This document shows, one piece after another, positions 1 to 12,800 of a stretch of 64,000 bases of DNA. Under the pieces are notes generated by a model, which ran no database searches, was not told where the DNA came from, and saw only the letters and a list, made by a program, of their open reading frames with translations. Source of the stretch: Amoebophrya sp. A120 (Eukaryota > Protista > Dinoflagellata); NCBI GenBank assembly GCA_905178155.1, contig CAJINV010000007.1, positions 1 through 64,000 on the forward strand, given 5' to 3'. Numbering within the stretch: the stretch's first letter is position 1; every line of letters begins with the position of its first letter. Made by a program: the position numbers and the translations under genes.

Positions 1-794
1 ACCGCCCGCATCTGACTGGCAGTTTTGAAGCCTGCGGAGGGAATGCGTTTTTGCGCAATTTTTCATCTTTTTTCATTTTCTAAGTGGCCCGGGTGATCTG
101 GGCAAAATCCGACGATTGCTTCCGCCCACGTTATGAAGCAAATTTTTGCCATTTTTTTCCAACTTTTTCCAGTTACGAAGCGGCCCAAGGCTTCCGAACA
201 GGTCGCGGACCTGCTGCTCCAACGCAGCTGCCCAGCGGGCGGAGCAAAAAACAGTCCGTCTCTTTTTCAGATATCAAGTGGGCCAAACCGCAAAAATGCT
301 CTTTTTCACCTTCTCCCGCTTGGTTTCTGCCGTTTTTGCGACATTTTTGCCCTCCTGGCCATTTTCCCATCTGGTCCGCTTTTTTTCCCTTCTCCCGCTT
401 CATTTCTGGCCATTTCCCTGACCTTCACGCCTCCCGGCGGTTGCCCTATATGGTAACGGCAACTGCCTTCGCGTTCGCGCTGCGTTTGCTAAGCAATATC
501 GCAAGCGCGCAGAGCGCGCGCGCCGGCTTCGTGGGCCGGCGCGCGCTCTGCGCGCGCGCACGCATTTGGTTACCAGATAAAGTTTGTATTTCATGCATGA
601 CCAGCGGGAGGGGTGCGATTTGTGCTACACGGACAGGGCATTTCTCATCCGGAAGGTGCACCAGAAAGCCCTCTAAAAGTCTGCGATGCGAGGTCATGAG
701 TTTGAATTTGAATTACAGGCATCATGGGTCATGAGAAATATGCATGACAAATCTTGCATTCTTCCTGACCCAGAGATTTTTGCATGATTTGATA

Positions 795-1496
795 GCATCA
801 CGATAAAGATGTTGAAGTGCTTGATTCCCGCTCCCGGCCCACACGTCCATACCCCACACTGTCGGATGAAATTTGGATGCTTCAGAACTGTCATCGCGTT
901 GATCTCCCGCTGCATGCGCACACATTCATTGTAGGTGTAATTTCTCTTGAATTCCATTCGCTTGACAGCAAACTTTTCCTGCACCTCGTACACCGTTCCG
1001 TATCCGCCCTCTCCCAGTTTTTTCAGCTTTTTCCCCAGTAGTCCTTCTGGTACCTCCAGGAGCTCCATGGACAAATTTCCATCTTTTGCATCCTTGTTGT
1101 GTACGTAAGCGCGATAAAGCTTCGTGTTCTCGCAGTCGTGATTTTTAGTGTCTCTCCCCCACGTTTCCGCGACCATCAACACACGCTGGCACTCGTCCTC
1201 ATCTTTACACTCGAAAGGAAAAATCGTGCCGGGATCCCGTGTATGCAGTGCAAAAAAGCGAGGCAGTGATTGTACTAGTGTAGTAATCCTAATCGTAATC
1301 CAATTGGATTTGCATGACAAAGTGGCGAAATCGGAAAACGAAATTTCTATATTATCGATGCCGATGCGGCTTAGGAACAAGGATATTTGTTTTTGATGCA
1401 TGACTCGTTGCAAATGGAAATGCGATTACTACCGGTAACAGCCAGATCCTTTCGCAATTGATATCGTGGGAGTGGCAGCTCTTCCCGCCCGGTCAT
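795..1496 (-). CDS. Ser/Thr protein kinase, N-lobe only visible (partial, spliced)
   Basis: ORF 694..1413 has GEGGYGTVY, FAVK and REINAMTVLKHPNFI. Removing element 1242-1463 plus 5 nt joins MTGREELPLPR to DPGTIF. No HRD/DFG exon was found below 795, and the start codon is uncertain. Confidence 0.7.
1242..1463. mobile_element. TIR introner (intron of kinase 1)
   Basis: TATGCAGTGCAAAA...TTTCGCAATTGATA; flanks CCGTG/TCGTG. Confidence 0.75.
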
Positions 1497-2592
1497 GGTG
1501 GCGTGGGCCTGCTGCGCAATAAATCTACTTCCTCCAAGGACTTCCACCAAAGCCGTTGTTCAAGGCGGAAGTGTTCTTCTAGAGAATGAGAAGTCGGAGG
1601 GAGAAGATTCTCTGAAGATCCTGATCATAGGAAGACGTGTGCACCATTTTCATGATGATCTCCGCACGATGTCATGTAAAGAGAAGGTGACTGTTGATCC
1701 TTGCGTGGCTAGAGCAGAAGCGAAGAGCTACAGGGACAGAAAGCTGCAACAGGCTCGCCGATCGGGAGAAGGACTCGCTGTTCCTGCTCGGTCAAGAAAG
1801 TTACTTGTTGTGTAGTTGTAGTGGATGTGTCGTTCTCGTGTGAACCGCTCGATTGTTCCCTGGTGGTCCTAGCTGTCTAGGTCTTGTTGATGTCGTCACC
1901 GTAGAAACAGACACGGGCAGGATCACGATCGGTCCTCTTTACTTTTTACTCGGGCGTCTTTTCGTATTCACGTCGGCGCTTAACAGTTCGTTGGCTGTAT
2001 TCGTACTAGGAGAGAAGGTAGAGACCTTCTAGCGAAGTAGACTGCCACCACGCAATGTAGTTTGATAAGCGCCGGCTTTACTCAGAAAATCTTCCAACAC
2101 GAATCTCGTCGCGAGACATCTTCTTCTTCACATGTTAGCGCCCAGTTTCCACCCGCCATGTGGTACCACCACCCTGATCCTCTACTTTCGTAACCATCGG
2201 AAGGTAGAAAAAGTTGTTCAGACTAACGATAACTACGACGCTGGTGCTTTATATATAAATGTTTTCTGTTTCGTCCTTGCGGAAGGTGTTGGTCTCGGTC
2301 GCTTTTGCTTTGCAAAAAGTTCTTGCCTGCTATGTGTCTATAATCGGAAAAACCTGTGGTTTTAGCGGTAGGATGTACCACCGACCTCTCTCCGTCTCTC
2401 ATAGATGTTATGGCGGAATCAATGGTGGGGCCAAGAAAAAAAAAGCTCTACACGAAGACAGACAAGGAAAACCGAAACAGAAGACCGAATGGTAGAAAGA
2501 CGTAGACACACGAAAACAAAAAAACAAATATAGAAATATCCTCTTCGTCGGCGTAGCGGTTATTTGCTGTGTTTCTCAGGAAAACTGCCCCC

Positions 2593-2670
2593 CCGCCATC
2601 AGGACATCTCACCCCCCTCTGCCGCCATCAGGACATCTCACCCGCCATCAGGACATCTCACCCCCCTCTG
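2593..2670 (+). repeat. Short tandem repeat, 3 copies of CCGCCATCAGGACATCTCAC
   Basis: Three copies read directly, two followed by CCCCCTCTG. Confidence 0.9.
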
Positions 2671-3817
2671 TTCAGCCTCAAACATAAGAGAGTTGCATTT
2701 CACTCGAAGTAGAACAACTGGCTCGTTGAAGGTCTTGTCGAGAACCGCGCTGCTGCTCAACAAAGTCAATATCTTTCATACTCACAGGAAAGTGATACAG
2801 TAGCTCTGTTCTTTCGAATCTGATCGTATACAGTGTCACATTTTTTTGGTCCTGCATCTACTTTTGGGAAAAAAATAAAGGCATAGCTGCGTGTGAGTTG
2901 TAAACGTAACTGCTCTATCACGTTTCCGCCTTCGCCAAAACCTTGTCGTGGTTACTTACGCAGCCTCGCAACAGTCCTGTGGCTTCTGGAGGTTATCGTT
3001 GTGGGCATATCAATAGACCTGTTTCTTTGTCGTTGCGCTTCGATGTCGATCGAATTGCCAGGACAAAAAATTGCGTTTTTCTCAGGAGGTTCGCACGTAC
3101 TCTATCTGTATGTCGAGCAGCTCTAGCTCTACTAGTAAAATAAACTTTGAGCGCATATGTTTTTCCGTTTGGTTTGAAAATTTGCAAAATCTGACGAAGA
3201 TGAAGGTAAAATATTTCGTTGCTGAAACGAGTTTCACAGGGTTGAGCTCGTTCCTTTATTTCGCCGAATGCAACATAGTGAGTGTAGGAAAGCTCTAATC
3301 GATAAAATTCACGTTGTAAACCCTGACTGTGGATGAACTAGTACTAGACAGACTTGCAGTTTTGCACTGAGCCATCAAGTGGACCCAGCTATTGCTATTG
3401 GTAGTTGTTTTCCAAGAGTCACTGTCATTCGATTTCTCAAAAAAGTAGCCTGGCTCTGGTCGTTGTTTGTACACGAATATATATTTCTTTTCCACGTTTT
3501 TTTTCCAGTACCTAGTTACACAAAGATTGGCATGAGCTACATTTACATCATCGACCACGCTTCTAGCGTTTGAATGATCTTCGAGTTGATCTTGAAAAAA
3601 GAGATAAATGCGAAGCAGCGACGTCGACCTACTTCACACCCCCATCTCTAGAAAATGAAATACTTACATCAAAAGCACAAACCTGATGCAACCCGAGGTT
3701 TCCGTTGCGCGTGATGATCGACAACTGAATCTAAAAACCACACTGATGAAAACTCAAACGACGAATATTTGTATTGGATGAAAGTTAGTAGTAAATGTAA
3801 AGAATGAGAAACGCCAG

Positions 3818-6800
3818 CTAATCGAAAAGTGTGTCCCACTCGTCGATGTTAATCGAAAAGTGTGCACCTTCGGCCCTCACCTGGCGCACGTTGCTGTTTT
3901 CTTCAGCAAGATCTTGCACATCCCTTCTCCTCACTGCCATGAACTGCTGATGACCCCATCTTTTGTCTTCGATTTTGCTCAGTACCGAATCTCCCGACTT
4001 TTGCAGTTTCCCTCTCCAAACAGAGGTCCACATGTCCCTATTCCACTTCCGCAGGTCGTTCAGTTTCTCGTCGTTTTTGTCCTCACGGGTCACCAAATCG
4101 ATTTCGATTATTCCCTGCTGGTTCTCGGCCCGCCCCCCGTTCTGCTTATGGAAGCGTCAGGTTTGAAATCGTCAAAGTTGAAAAATTTGTGATGCATAAA
4201 ATCGATACCAGTTGGACGCCCAATTTCTAAGCGGTGCATGACAAATTTCGGCACCGTCAAAATCCAGTTTGTCATGCTTTTTAGCGAAAGAAGGCATCCT
4301 TTGTCATGCCACTTTAGCAGCTCCATCCCAAACCCGAAACAGGCTCACAATCGGCCTCACTTGCAATCCCTGCAAGACAGTCTTTTCGTGCCTTGTATTT
4401 TATGCATCACAGATTATTTCAACTTTGTTGATTTCAATCCTGACACGTCCATAATTCTCGACAAATTCGTATTCCTTTTTGTCGATAATGTCCGAGAGGA
4501 AGAGTTTCTTCATTTCCCCGTTCCCGGATCGGTAGATGAAGTAGTCCTCTTTCTTGTTGGGTTTGCGCGAAGCCAGTTCCTTCGAGGGAATACGACTGAT
4601 CTCCTTCACGACGTAGTCTCGGACCGGAGCGGCAGCAGAGGGACCAGCTGGAGCTGGTTGTGGTGGTGGTGGTGCAGCCGCTTTCGATAAAGAGTCTCCT
4701 GTGAGTTTGTCTTTGTTCATCTTCTGCTCTTCGTCTATCTTGCGCTTCTTGGCACTAGCGGTGCCGCCGAGGGCGAGAGGCTGCTCTTGCTTTCCCTCAT
4801 TCTGGTGTGATTTTGCAGTCACCTCCGCGGCTTTGTTTTTGCTGTTGTTCATGGCTGCAAGAACATTGTCGCTGCTACTTGCTGATAAAGCGGATCCAAC
4901 CGCTCCTGCCTGTTTGGAGGAAGAGTTTTTCTTGTTCTGCTCCTGTTGTTGTTTGTCCTCGGTACCGAAGGGACCTTCACCCGCGTCCGCTGGGTTTAGT
5001 TTTTGCTTCTTCATCTTGTCGTGCTATGCAGCGCAAATCAAAATCTCTTGTCTGCGTCCGAATGTTATTTTTCGAGAGCAATACAGCAACACCTCCACCG
5101 AGATGTATTTAGAATTCTTTCCAAAACAGATCGAATCTCTACTACAAAAAATTCATGATAGCACCAGCGATCTATGGCGACCGTGGAGAAGAAAAGAATC
5201 GCAAAACCATCAAAACTTCCAAACTGTTCATCGAAAGGACGCAGACAAGCTCTCACTGCTTGTGGAAGATATTTTGTTCTTCAAAGCTTCAGCGTCGGTC
5301 CCAGAGGTTGCCTCGGGATTGCTCGTCAGGAGATTACTAGTGCCACGACTACTAGCTGCACCACTCGCGTTGTTGCTGTCAGAGAAGCCCTGCTGCGTCT
5401 TGCTTCCTGGTGGCCCGTCCTGGTGTTCTTGTTGTTGTGAATGCACGTAGATGTCGGCGTCGTTGAAGGTCACTCCCTTGTTCCGCTTTTTCATCTCACC
5501 GGATTGCCCTAGTAATCCACCGGCTGCGGTTTCTTGCACGCTGTTCTGGTTCGATTTCTTCCCCATGAACGGCACCTCCTTCTCTTTCGACGGCTTTAGT
5601 TTATTTATATTTTTTTTGTCGTCGACTAACAAATTCGAAGAGCCAGCTCCTGCTGCAGCTACACCGGCGCCCGGTAGAGTATTATGTTTTATTTGATGCT
5701 GGAGGAGGAGTCCGTCGGGGTCGAAGTCTTGCTGATCTTTGTTGCTCTCGTCGTGTTTGTGTCCCGGCCGCTTCAGAATCCCGGCGGGTGCTCCACCACC
5801 ACCTGGGTGTTCTTTATTGGAGACTTCAGCAAGGCCGGGCTTCTTCGACGAGAGATTGTTTTGCAGCGACGAGGAAGTTTTGTTTGCCAGGAGGTCTTTG
5901 TCATTGTTTTGCCTCAGGAGAGAGGAACCTCCAGCTGCAGCTATGTCGATAGCATTCCTGCTACTACCCGCTGCCGCGCTCGAGGAACTGCCCGCCACAC
6001 CGAAAATCGCGTTTCTCGGATTGATGGGATTGCGATGCGGTTGCTGCGAATTTGATTTCAGGTTGTCAGGGAAGTTGAAAAATCCACCAGCAGACATGTT
6101 GGAGGGGCTATTGAAAAATGCATGTTGATCCTGGTGACCACTTCTTCCCGCGCGGCGGCCACCCAGTGTTCCTCCATCCAAACTTTCGCAAAACGGCAAC
6201 AGGGCGTCGCAAAAAACGTCGGGGTCCCGGGTATCTATCGACAGGGTCTGGTGTTTTACCATCTCCGTCAGCCAGTTTTGACCGCACTGAACCATCAGGT
6301 CAGTGGCTTGGTCTTCGTCGCCCTCTGTCAGGTTACAGACTATGGCAGACTATCAAATGCAAATATGTCTCGGTCTGGAAGGTAGTTCTGAGACTTGTCA
6401 TGCACGTTTTGCATGAGTCATGATCTTGTAATCCACGCCACAGCATCAGAGTTTTTTGGAATGCTTCGTTCTTGATGCCTATTCGTTCCGCATGACAACT
6501 CCCCTCTCCGCGTAGCAAAAATTGCACTCCCTTTGCTTCTCATGCAATACAGATTGATTTTTTGGGAAACCACATGTAGCATCACAAGTTGCTTTCTCCC
6601 AGACCCAGACACATTTGCATTTGATATGGACCACAGGTCGTCGAACTCTCGGCTTAAATTCTCCTTCGGCGCTTATGGCTCTGTCAGGATCGAAATCGAC
6701 AAAGTTGTTGAAATGATTTGCCACGCATAAAACGGATGCTATTTGTAACCCAGTTTTCAAGTGACGCATAACAAATCTGGGCACAACCGCAATTCAGTTT

Positions 6801-9800
6801 GTCATGCTGTTTTGGTAAGGAAGACGCCTTTTGTCATGCTACTTTAGCAGCTCAGTTTCTATCCCTCAAAAGGCTTACTTACATGCCTTCTTTGCCTATT
6901 CTGCAAGGCACGCAGGCTGTGGGCTGCATTGCTTTTATGCGTGGCAAATCCCTTCAACTTTGTCGATTTCGATCCCGACACATCCATAGCGCTTTCCAGT
7001 AGTCAAAACGGAAGTCCGGGGCAAACCAGGGCTTGCTTTCGTCTTCGATTATCGTATCCACGTCCACCTGCCGTGACCGCGGCTGGATGTCCGCCACAAA
7101 ACCCACATCATCCTGCTCGCGCATCGTGATGTTCGACTCTAAAAAATGTCCGCCATCGAAGTCGCGGAACTGCTCTTGCGAGGAAACGGGATTGAAACCG
7201 CTGCGGAATTTGTACAGCGTAGCCAGTTCGTTCGCACAGTCGGACAGCGGCAGCCGTGGCTCCGACGTGATTTGCACCTTCTGCCCGATCATCAAGTGCA
7301 AAAATGTCTGGGTCTGGAAGATTGCCAGGTTTGTCATGCATATTTTGTATGAGAATGATGCATGATGCCTGTAATGCATGATCTAGCAACACAGATTTTC
7401 AGAGGGCTTCCTAACGTCACTTATTTCCGCATGAGAAATGCCCTCTCCGCGTAACGCAAACTGGACTCCTATGTTGCTGGTCATGCAATACAGATTTTTT
7501 TGGAATCGAAAGACAGCATCACAAGTTGCAAACTTCAAGACCCAGACATATTTGGAATGCATACCGATCGCCGCGCCGACATTTGGGCAGGACACGTCCG
7601 GGAGCGCGCCGTTGCAGTGGTTGGCAAAACAGTCCAGATTGTGTATGGGGCCCATTGCCTGGAAAAACGCAGCGTGGGAGTACTTTTCGATTTCGACGTA
7701 CTTTTTTGGAACCAGGACACCACCGTGATGTTCCACGAGATTTTTTCCGTCGTCTGCATCATCGCCGTGAGAGCCGCCGTCGTCATCCTCCTGCCGAAGT
7801 AGTTTTTCCTGTTTATTTTTCCCGGCAGTGTTCTTGTTCGTCTTCGATTTTTCTTCCTTTTCGTCAGCGACCTTGATGTCCTGCTGCTTTTCGATTTCAT
7901 TTTCTGACTTTAGCAAATCATCCTCCTTGTCCTGGACTGCTACACCACCATGCTGCTTCGCCTTCGCCTCGGCCTCCTTTTTTTCCACTTCTTCCGCTTC
8001 CCGCAGTTTTTCTACTTCTTTTTTCTTCTCCTGTCTTATCCACAAGAAATTTACCGCCTACAACAACCTGGACGTGCTAATAGCGACGGTTGGAGTGCTG
8101 CATGACGAATCCTCATCGACGGCATTAGAAGTAACGGTGTCCTGCAGCTTTGTAAGTATTTCTATTTGCGTTCACATCAAAGCTTTTTGTCATGCGCTTT
8201 GTACGCTGTGGTGGCATAAGTGCGGTAAATTTGTGTTGCGTAGCCCTGGCGAGCATTATGTCCAGCATCTCGTCGATGCTGTAGATCCGGCGATCTCGTT
8301 ATCCACCCAGAAAGAAGAGCTAGCAGTAGCGCGCCATATTTGTGATGCGCACATCAAATTCTGCATTTGAAACTCAACAAAATCAGAAAGACTGTCTCGC
8401 ATGACACGGCAATTCGAATGCAGTAGACAATGCCCAGTACCTGGCGTCACTTTATTCTTTGATGTCCTCTACCTCAGGTTTAATAGTAGCAGAAGCAGGT
8501 GCGTAAGTTTGCACTTCTTTTGCATCACAGATATGATGCAGAGGACGCACGACTAGCTCTTTCTGTGAGATACCTTCCAGTTCAACTGGAGCATGCTCAA
8601 CGCGATCTCTGTCAAAGCCGCGTCTTGTCTCCTTGCTTTTTGCACCAATTCTTCTGCCTGCTCTGCAAACTGCTTGTAGTCCTCTTCTTGCTGTTTTTTG
8701 AACTCCTCTACCTCCTTTTCCAGTGCGTTTTCGAGTTTGTCACGCTTCTTGACCTGCTTGTTGTAATCGCTTTGAATTGTCTTGAGATCCTTTTCAAAGG
8801 TTTTCACCTTTTCCGCATCACTGATCTTCTTCCCCTTCACCTGCGCTGCCGTTATTTTCGCCGACAATTCTGCCAGCTTGCTCTGGTGGTCAAACATCTC
8901 AAGCTCTGCTAGCGCCAGGTTGTAGCTGTCGCGTGCGTCTGTAACTTTCTTCGGCTCGCATTCTTCTCCCGGTCCGGCCTTGACAATCGCGCGCAGCCCC
9001 AGCATCAGCAACCGCTCAAAGTCCGAATATCCCGTCTTGATCTCGTCCTCGACGCATTCCGCGAGCTTCGGTTTGCACACTTCCCGAATGAAGGACGAGT
9101 CCTGGCCGTCGCCACAAGGCGGCGCGGGGAGCGTGTCAACTTCGCAAAGCCATTCAAGGATGACCTGTCCGAAGGTATCCAGAAAAAAAACAACAATCCT
9201 CATCCATTTTTTGATTGCATGACAAGGAAGTACTGAAGTTTGGGCAGGTTTTGCATGACAAATACAAATAATTGGATGGGGATGGCTCTTGTTTTTTCTT
9301 GGATAGACCGACGGGAGATCGTAGTTGATGTTCAGCTGTAGTGCGTCCTAGCCAATCCTGTGCAAAAGCATCGCTCGACTGGTAGCCATCGCATATTTTT
9401 TCAAAAATGCTATAAGTCAAAGGTTTACATTTTGGTCATGTCAAGTGTTTTCATGCGGAAGCATCGCAATCGCTACGAGCTGCGCGGTACTTTTGCAGCT
9501 GATATGCCCGTCGCTCCGCTTGATGAAGTCCGAGCCTTCCCAGGGGAAGTAGTCCGCTGTCCCGGCCCCGGACCGCGGACTGTTACCGTCTTCGCCCGGA
9601 ACCCGCGCGACGCTGGTCGCCATGCCGAAGTCCCCAATGACTGCGGTCTATCCTCTGGAAAAGTATCGACGTAGCTAGCGGTGGTATCACTATTATTTCA
9701 ATATTAATACATGACAAAGTCCGTTTCTTTGTCTTTCATGTCTGAGACTGAGTCCTGTGTTTTAGCTTGACAAACTGCATCTCATTGTGGTCTACGTCCT

Positions 9801-12800
9801 ACGTCGATACTTCTGCAATGCATACGTCGGTGCAGTAGGCAAGTTGCTCCGGTCTGGTAGTCTTTTTCCACAATCCTCTCCGTGGTTGGATGAACGCGTT
9901 TTCCGCTTTGAAGTCTCGGTGTAGGATTCCGCAAAACCACTATCAAAGGCGAAAGTAGACGAGCTATCCGCGCACTGTCATGCTGTGATGTTCCAAATGA
10001 CCACGCACAACGAAGTTGTGTTTTCGACGTCTTCGAATGCTGCTTGCAAGAACGAGCTGGCCGAGGGAAAGAAAATGGACATGTTGAAGACTGCAGCAAA
10101 ATCAATACAAGCCCTCTTAATAAAGAACGTGATGAAACTACTTAACTCAGGTCGTGGGGATGGCTGCTGCAAGTTTCATCTCGATACCCGCAGGAATTTG
10201 AAACCATCGGAGATTCCGCCCAGCCAGTGTCTCCCGGTGAATTTGCCGAAGAAATCCAGCGCAAAAGTATTATCGCACACTGAGGATTTTTTACAGCTGG
10301 TGGTTGCCAGAACATTGATTACACTGTGCGCAGCAACAAACATGAAAGACGAGTTGTCATTCCATTCTCGTCCATCACAGACACAGAGACAGTCACAGCA
10401 CATGAATAGGCATAACCACAAGACCAAGAGCCTAAGCATTACAAATTCATATTTCATTTTTTCGTTCCTAATAAATTTGCAGTTATGCTGCAAAGAATAT
10501 TGCTCATGGTACTAATGGTAGTAGCGCAATACTTTTGCAATGGATAGACCCCAGTGCGGTTGAAGTCTCTCTTCCGGAGGTCGCCGATCATGAGTGGAAG
10601 TGCCATCCACAGGCAGAATTCGTACACGAGATCGTCTTCCGGCGGGTATTCGTCCGAATCGTTTTCCTCTTCATGCTCGGAGTTCGAGTCCAGCTACGTT
10701 GACTCGAACTTGGCCGCACCGCGCACAGTGCGCTTCCGATGGCTGGTCCACGCACCTAGTTTAAATTTGAGTGATTCCTCAAGTAGTACATCAACTTCAA
10801 CGAAGGACGCCACAGATACGTATGATGCTAGAACACCACATCAAATTGGATACTCAACCAACTAGAAGTTGTAAGTCATGCAGCAGTGGTAAGTACCGAG
10901 TAAGCGGATGATGTTCTTGTGCCGGATCCTTCTCGTATAGTCAATTTCAATCCCCAGCCTTTTGAAGTCCGAGGCGTCACCGAGTAGGTAATCGTTTTGC
11001 ACTTCGTCGTCGTCGTCATCATCATCATCATCATCGTCGCCGTCGTCATCACTACCGTATGCATGGCAAAAGTATCGTGTTCGCAGTACGAGTACAACTC
11101 CTCGCAATTATGCATGACATTTTTTTTGTCTCAGATCCAGGAGCACGACAAATTTCACTTGTCATGCTGAGCGAATTTGATGAAGTGAGCATATTCCTTT
11201 TGCTTTTCCTGCTAAAAATAGATACTTTTGCATTTCATACGTCCCCGTCAATTTGGCCCTCGAGCAATTCTTCGACGTCCTGGTCTTCTTCTTCGTCCTC
11301 TCCATCTCCCTCACCATCCTCTTCCTGCTCAGGCTCATCCTCGTCCTCGACAGCTTTTTTGGGTTGTTTTTTCGATGATGCCGTCTGCATCTTCTTCATT
11401 GGAGGAGGTACCGCAGCTTTCATTTTCTTGTTGCCAGAGTTGCTACTAGCAGTTTTCTTGGCTTTTTTATCTCCACTGGAATCCTTCTTGTTTTTTCCCT
11501 TTAGTTGCGTGTTCTCCTTCACAAGCTGGTCGTTCTTTTTTTGCAGAACACTATTTGTGATTTCCAGCAGTATCCTGTGCAAACTCACGCCCCCACGGAA
11601 AATGTAAATCTCCATTTTCTCAGAATATCAATGTGCGTGATGCACAATCCCCTGGTGCTGGCTCGGATTTCGTATTTCTTGTCATGCTGAAATTATAATC
11701 ACAATTGAACTTCAAGCACGTGGCTTGATGATAAAGAAGATGATGATGCTTCTGCACGAACTATGCACAACTCCGCTGCGATCGCGAACGTGTCACGAAC
11801 ATCCATGTCTGACAGTCTAGCAATTTTTCTTACAGACTCTGGACCGCCGGTCATGGGAACGTCGTTTTCAGTCAGGATAAACTGCTTCTTCTCCTCTTGC
11901 TCTTTCTTTTTTTCCGCCTTCTTCCGCTCTTCCCTTTTTACTTGGTTTTTTGATTTCGGGCGGAAATTCGGCACCCGCTTAACCGCGAATTCGATTGGAG
12001 CAAGAGGTAGTTGTACCGCAGAGGAAGAGGAAGGAGATTTCGACTTCGTATGGTGTTCTCAAACGCTACGCTCTCAACGGCTGTGACATGGATTTGTGAT
12101 GCGAGAATCGGAGCAGCGAAAGGGAAAGGGATCTTCCCGGAAGACCGTTCGCTTCTTGCATTACAGATTTGGCACGGACCTCCATACTGTTTGGCTGTTC
12201 CATAATTTGTCATGCGAAATACCTTGACCGTGTCGAAGATGCTGAACTGATGGTTATAAATTTTCCATGACATCAAATCATGTAAAGCAAGTTGGGAATG
12301 TGACGCTTGAGAGTCCCATACTTCGACTTCTCGTTCTCGGGCTGTTGCATCGCTACTCTGTACACTTTTCCGTAACTCCCCGACGCGATTTTTTGCATGG
12401 TGGCCCGTCCGACCCATGCTTCCGGGACGGTCACCACCTCGATTTTGACCCCAGCGCCTGGCTTGTCCTGTTTTTCCGCGACCCGCTCGAAACAGGCCTC
12501 CCGCAGTCGCAGCTCTTTTTTCTTGGAGGTGTGGCCGGTAAAGAGTGTGGAAGATGCAGCAGTAGTTGAAGATGATGACGACGACCCGATCGCTGGGTAG
12601 TGGTACGGCTGCAGCAGTGCGGGGTCCCGCGGCTCGGTTACCCACTCGGAGAAAGACCCGGATCGCCGCCCTCTCCGTTTCCGCCTGTCCTTTTTGTTCT
12701 TTTTCCGTACTGGTAGATTGTTCCCCGACTGCTTTTCGAGCACCTTCTCAAACAACTTCTGTTGGTTTCGGTTGAGTTTCTGCTTGTGCTGTTCAGCCGC

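Noticed and set aside
6351-6626. TA target duplication (Tc1/mariner-type) for the introners
   Set aside because: Many copies have perfect 5-bp direct repeats outside TAT...ATA, and only the +5 (or +2) removal restores frames.
6479-6784. Recurrent peptides such as KCKNVWVWK, VRYFC, NFVDFDPD and FVM/CHA in many short ORFs as a protein family
   Set aside because: They are translations of introner TIRs and of the internal CATGACAA motif.
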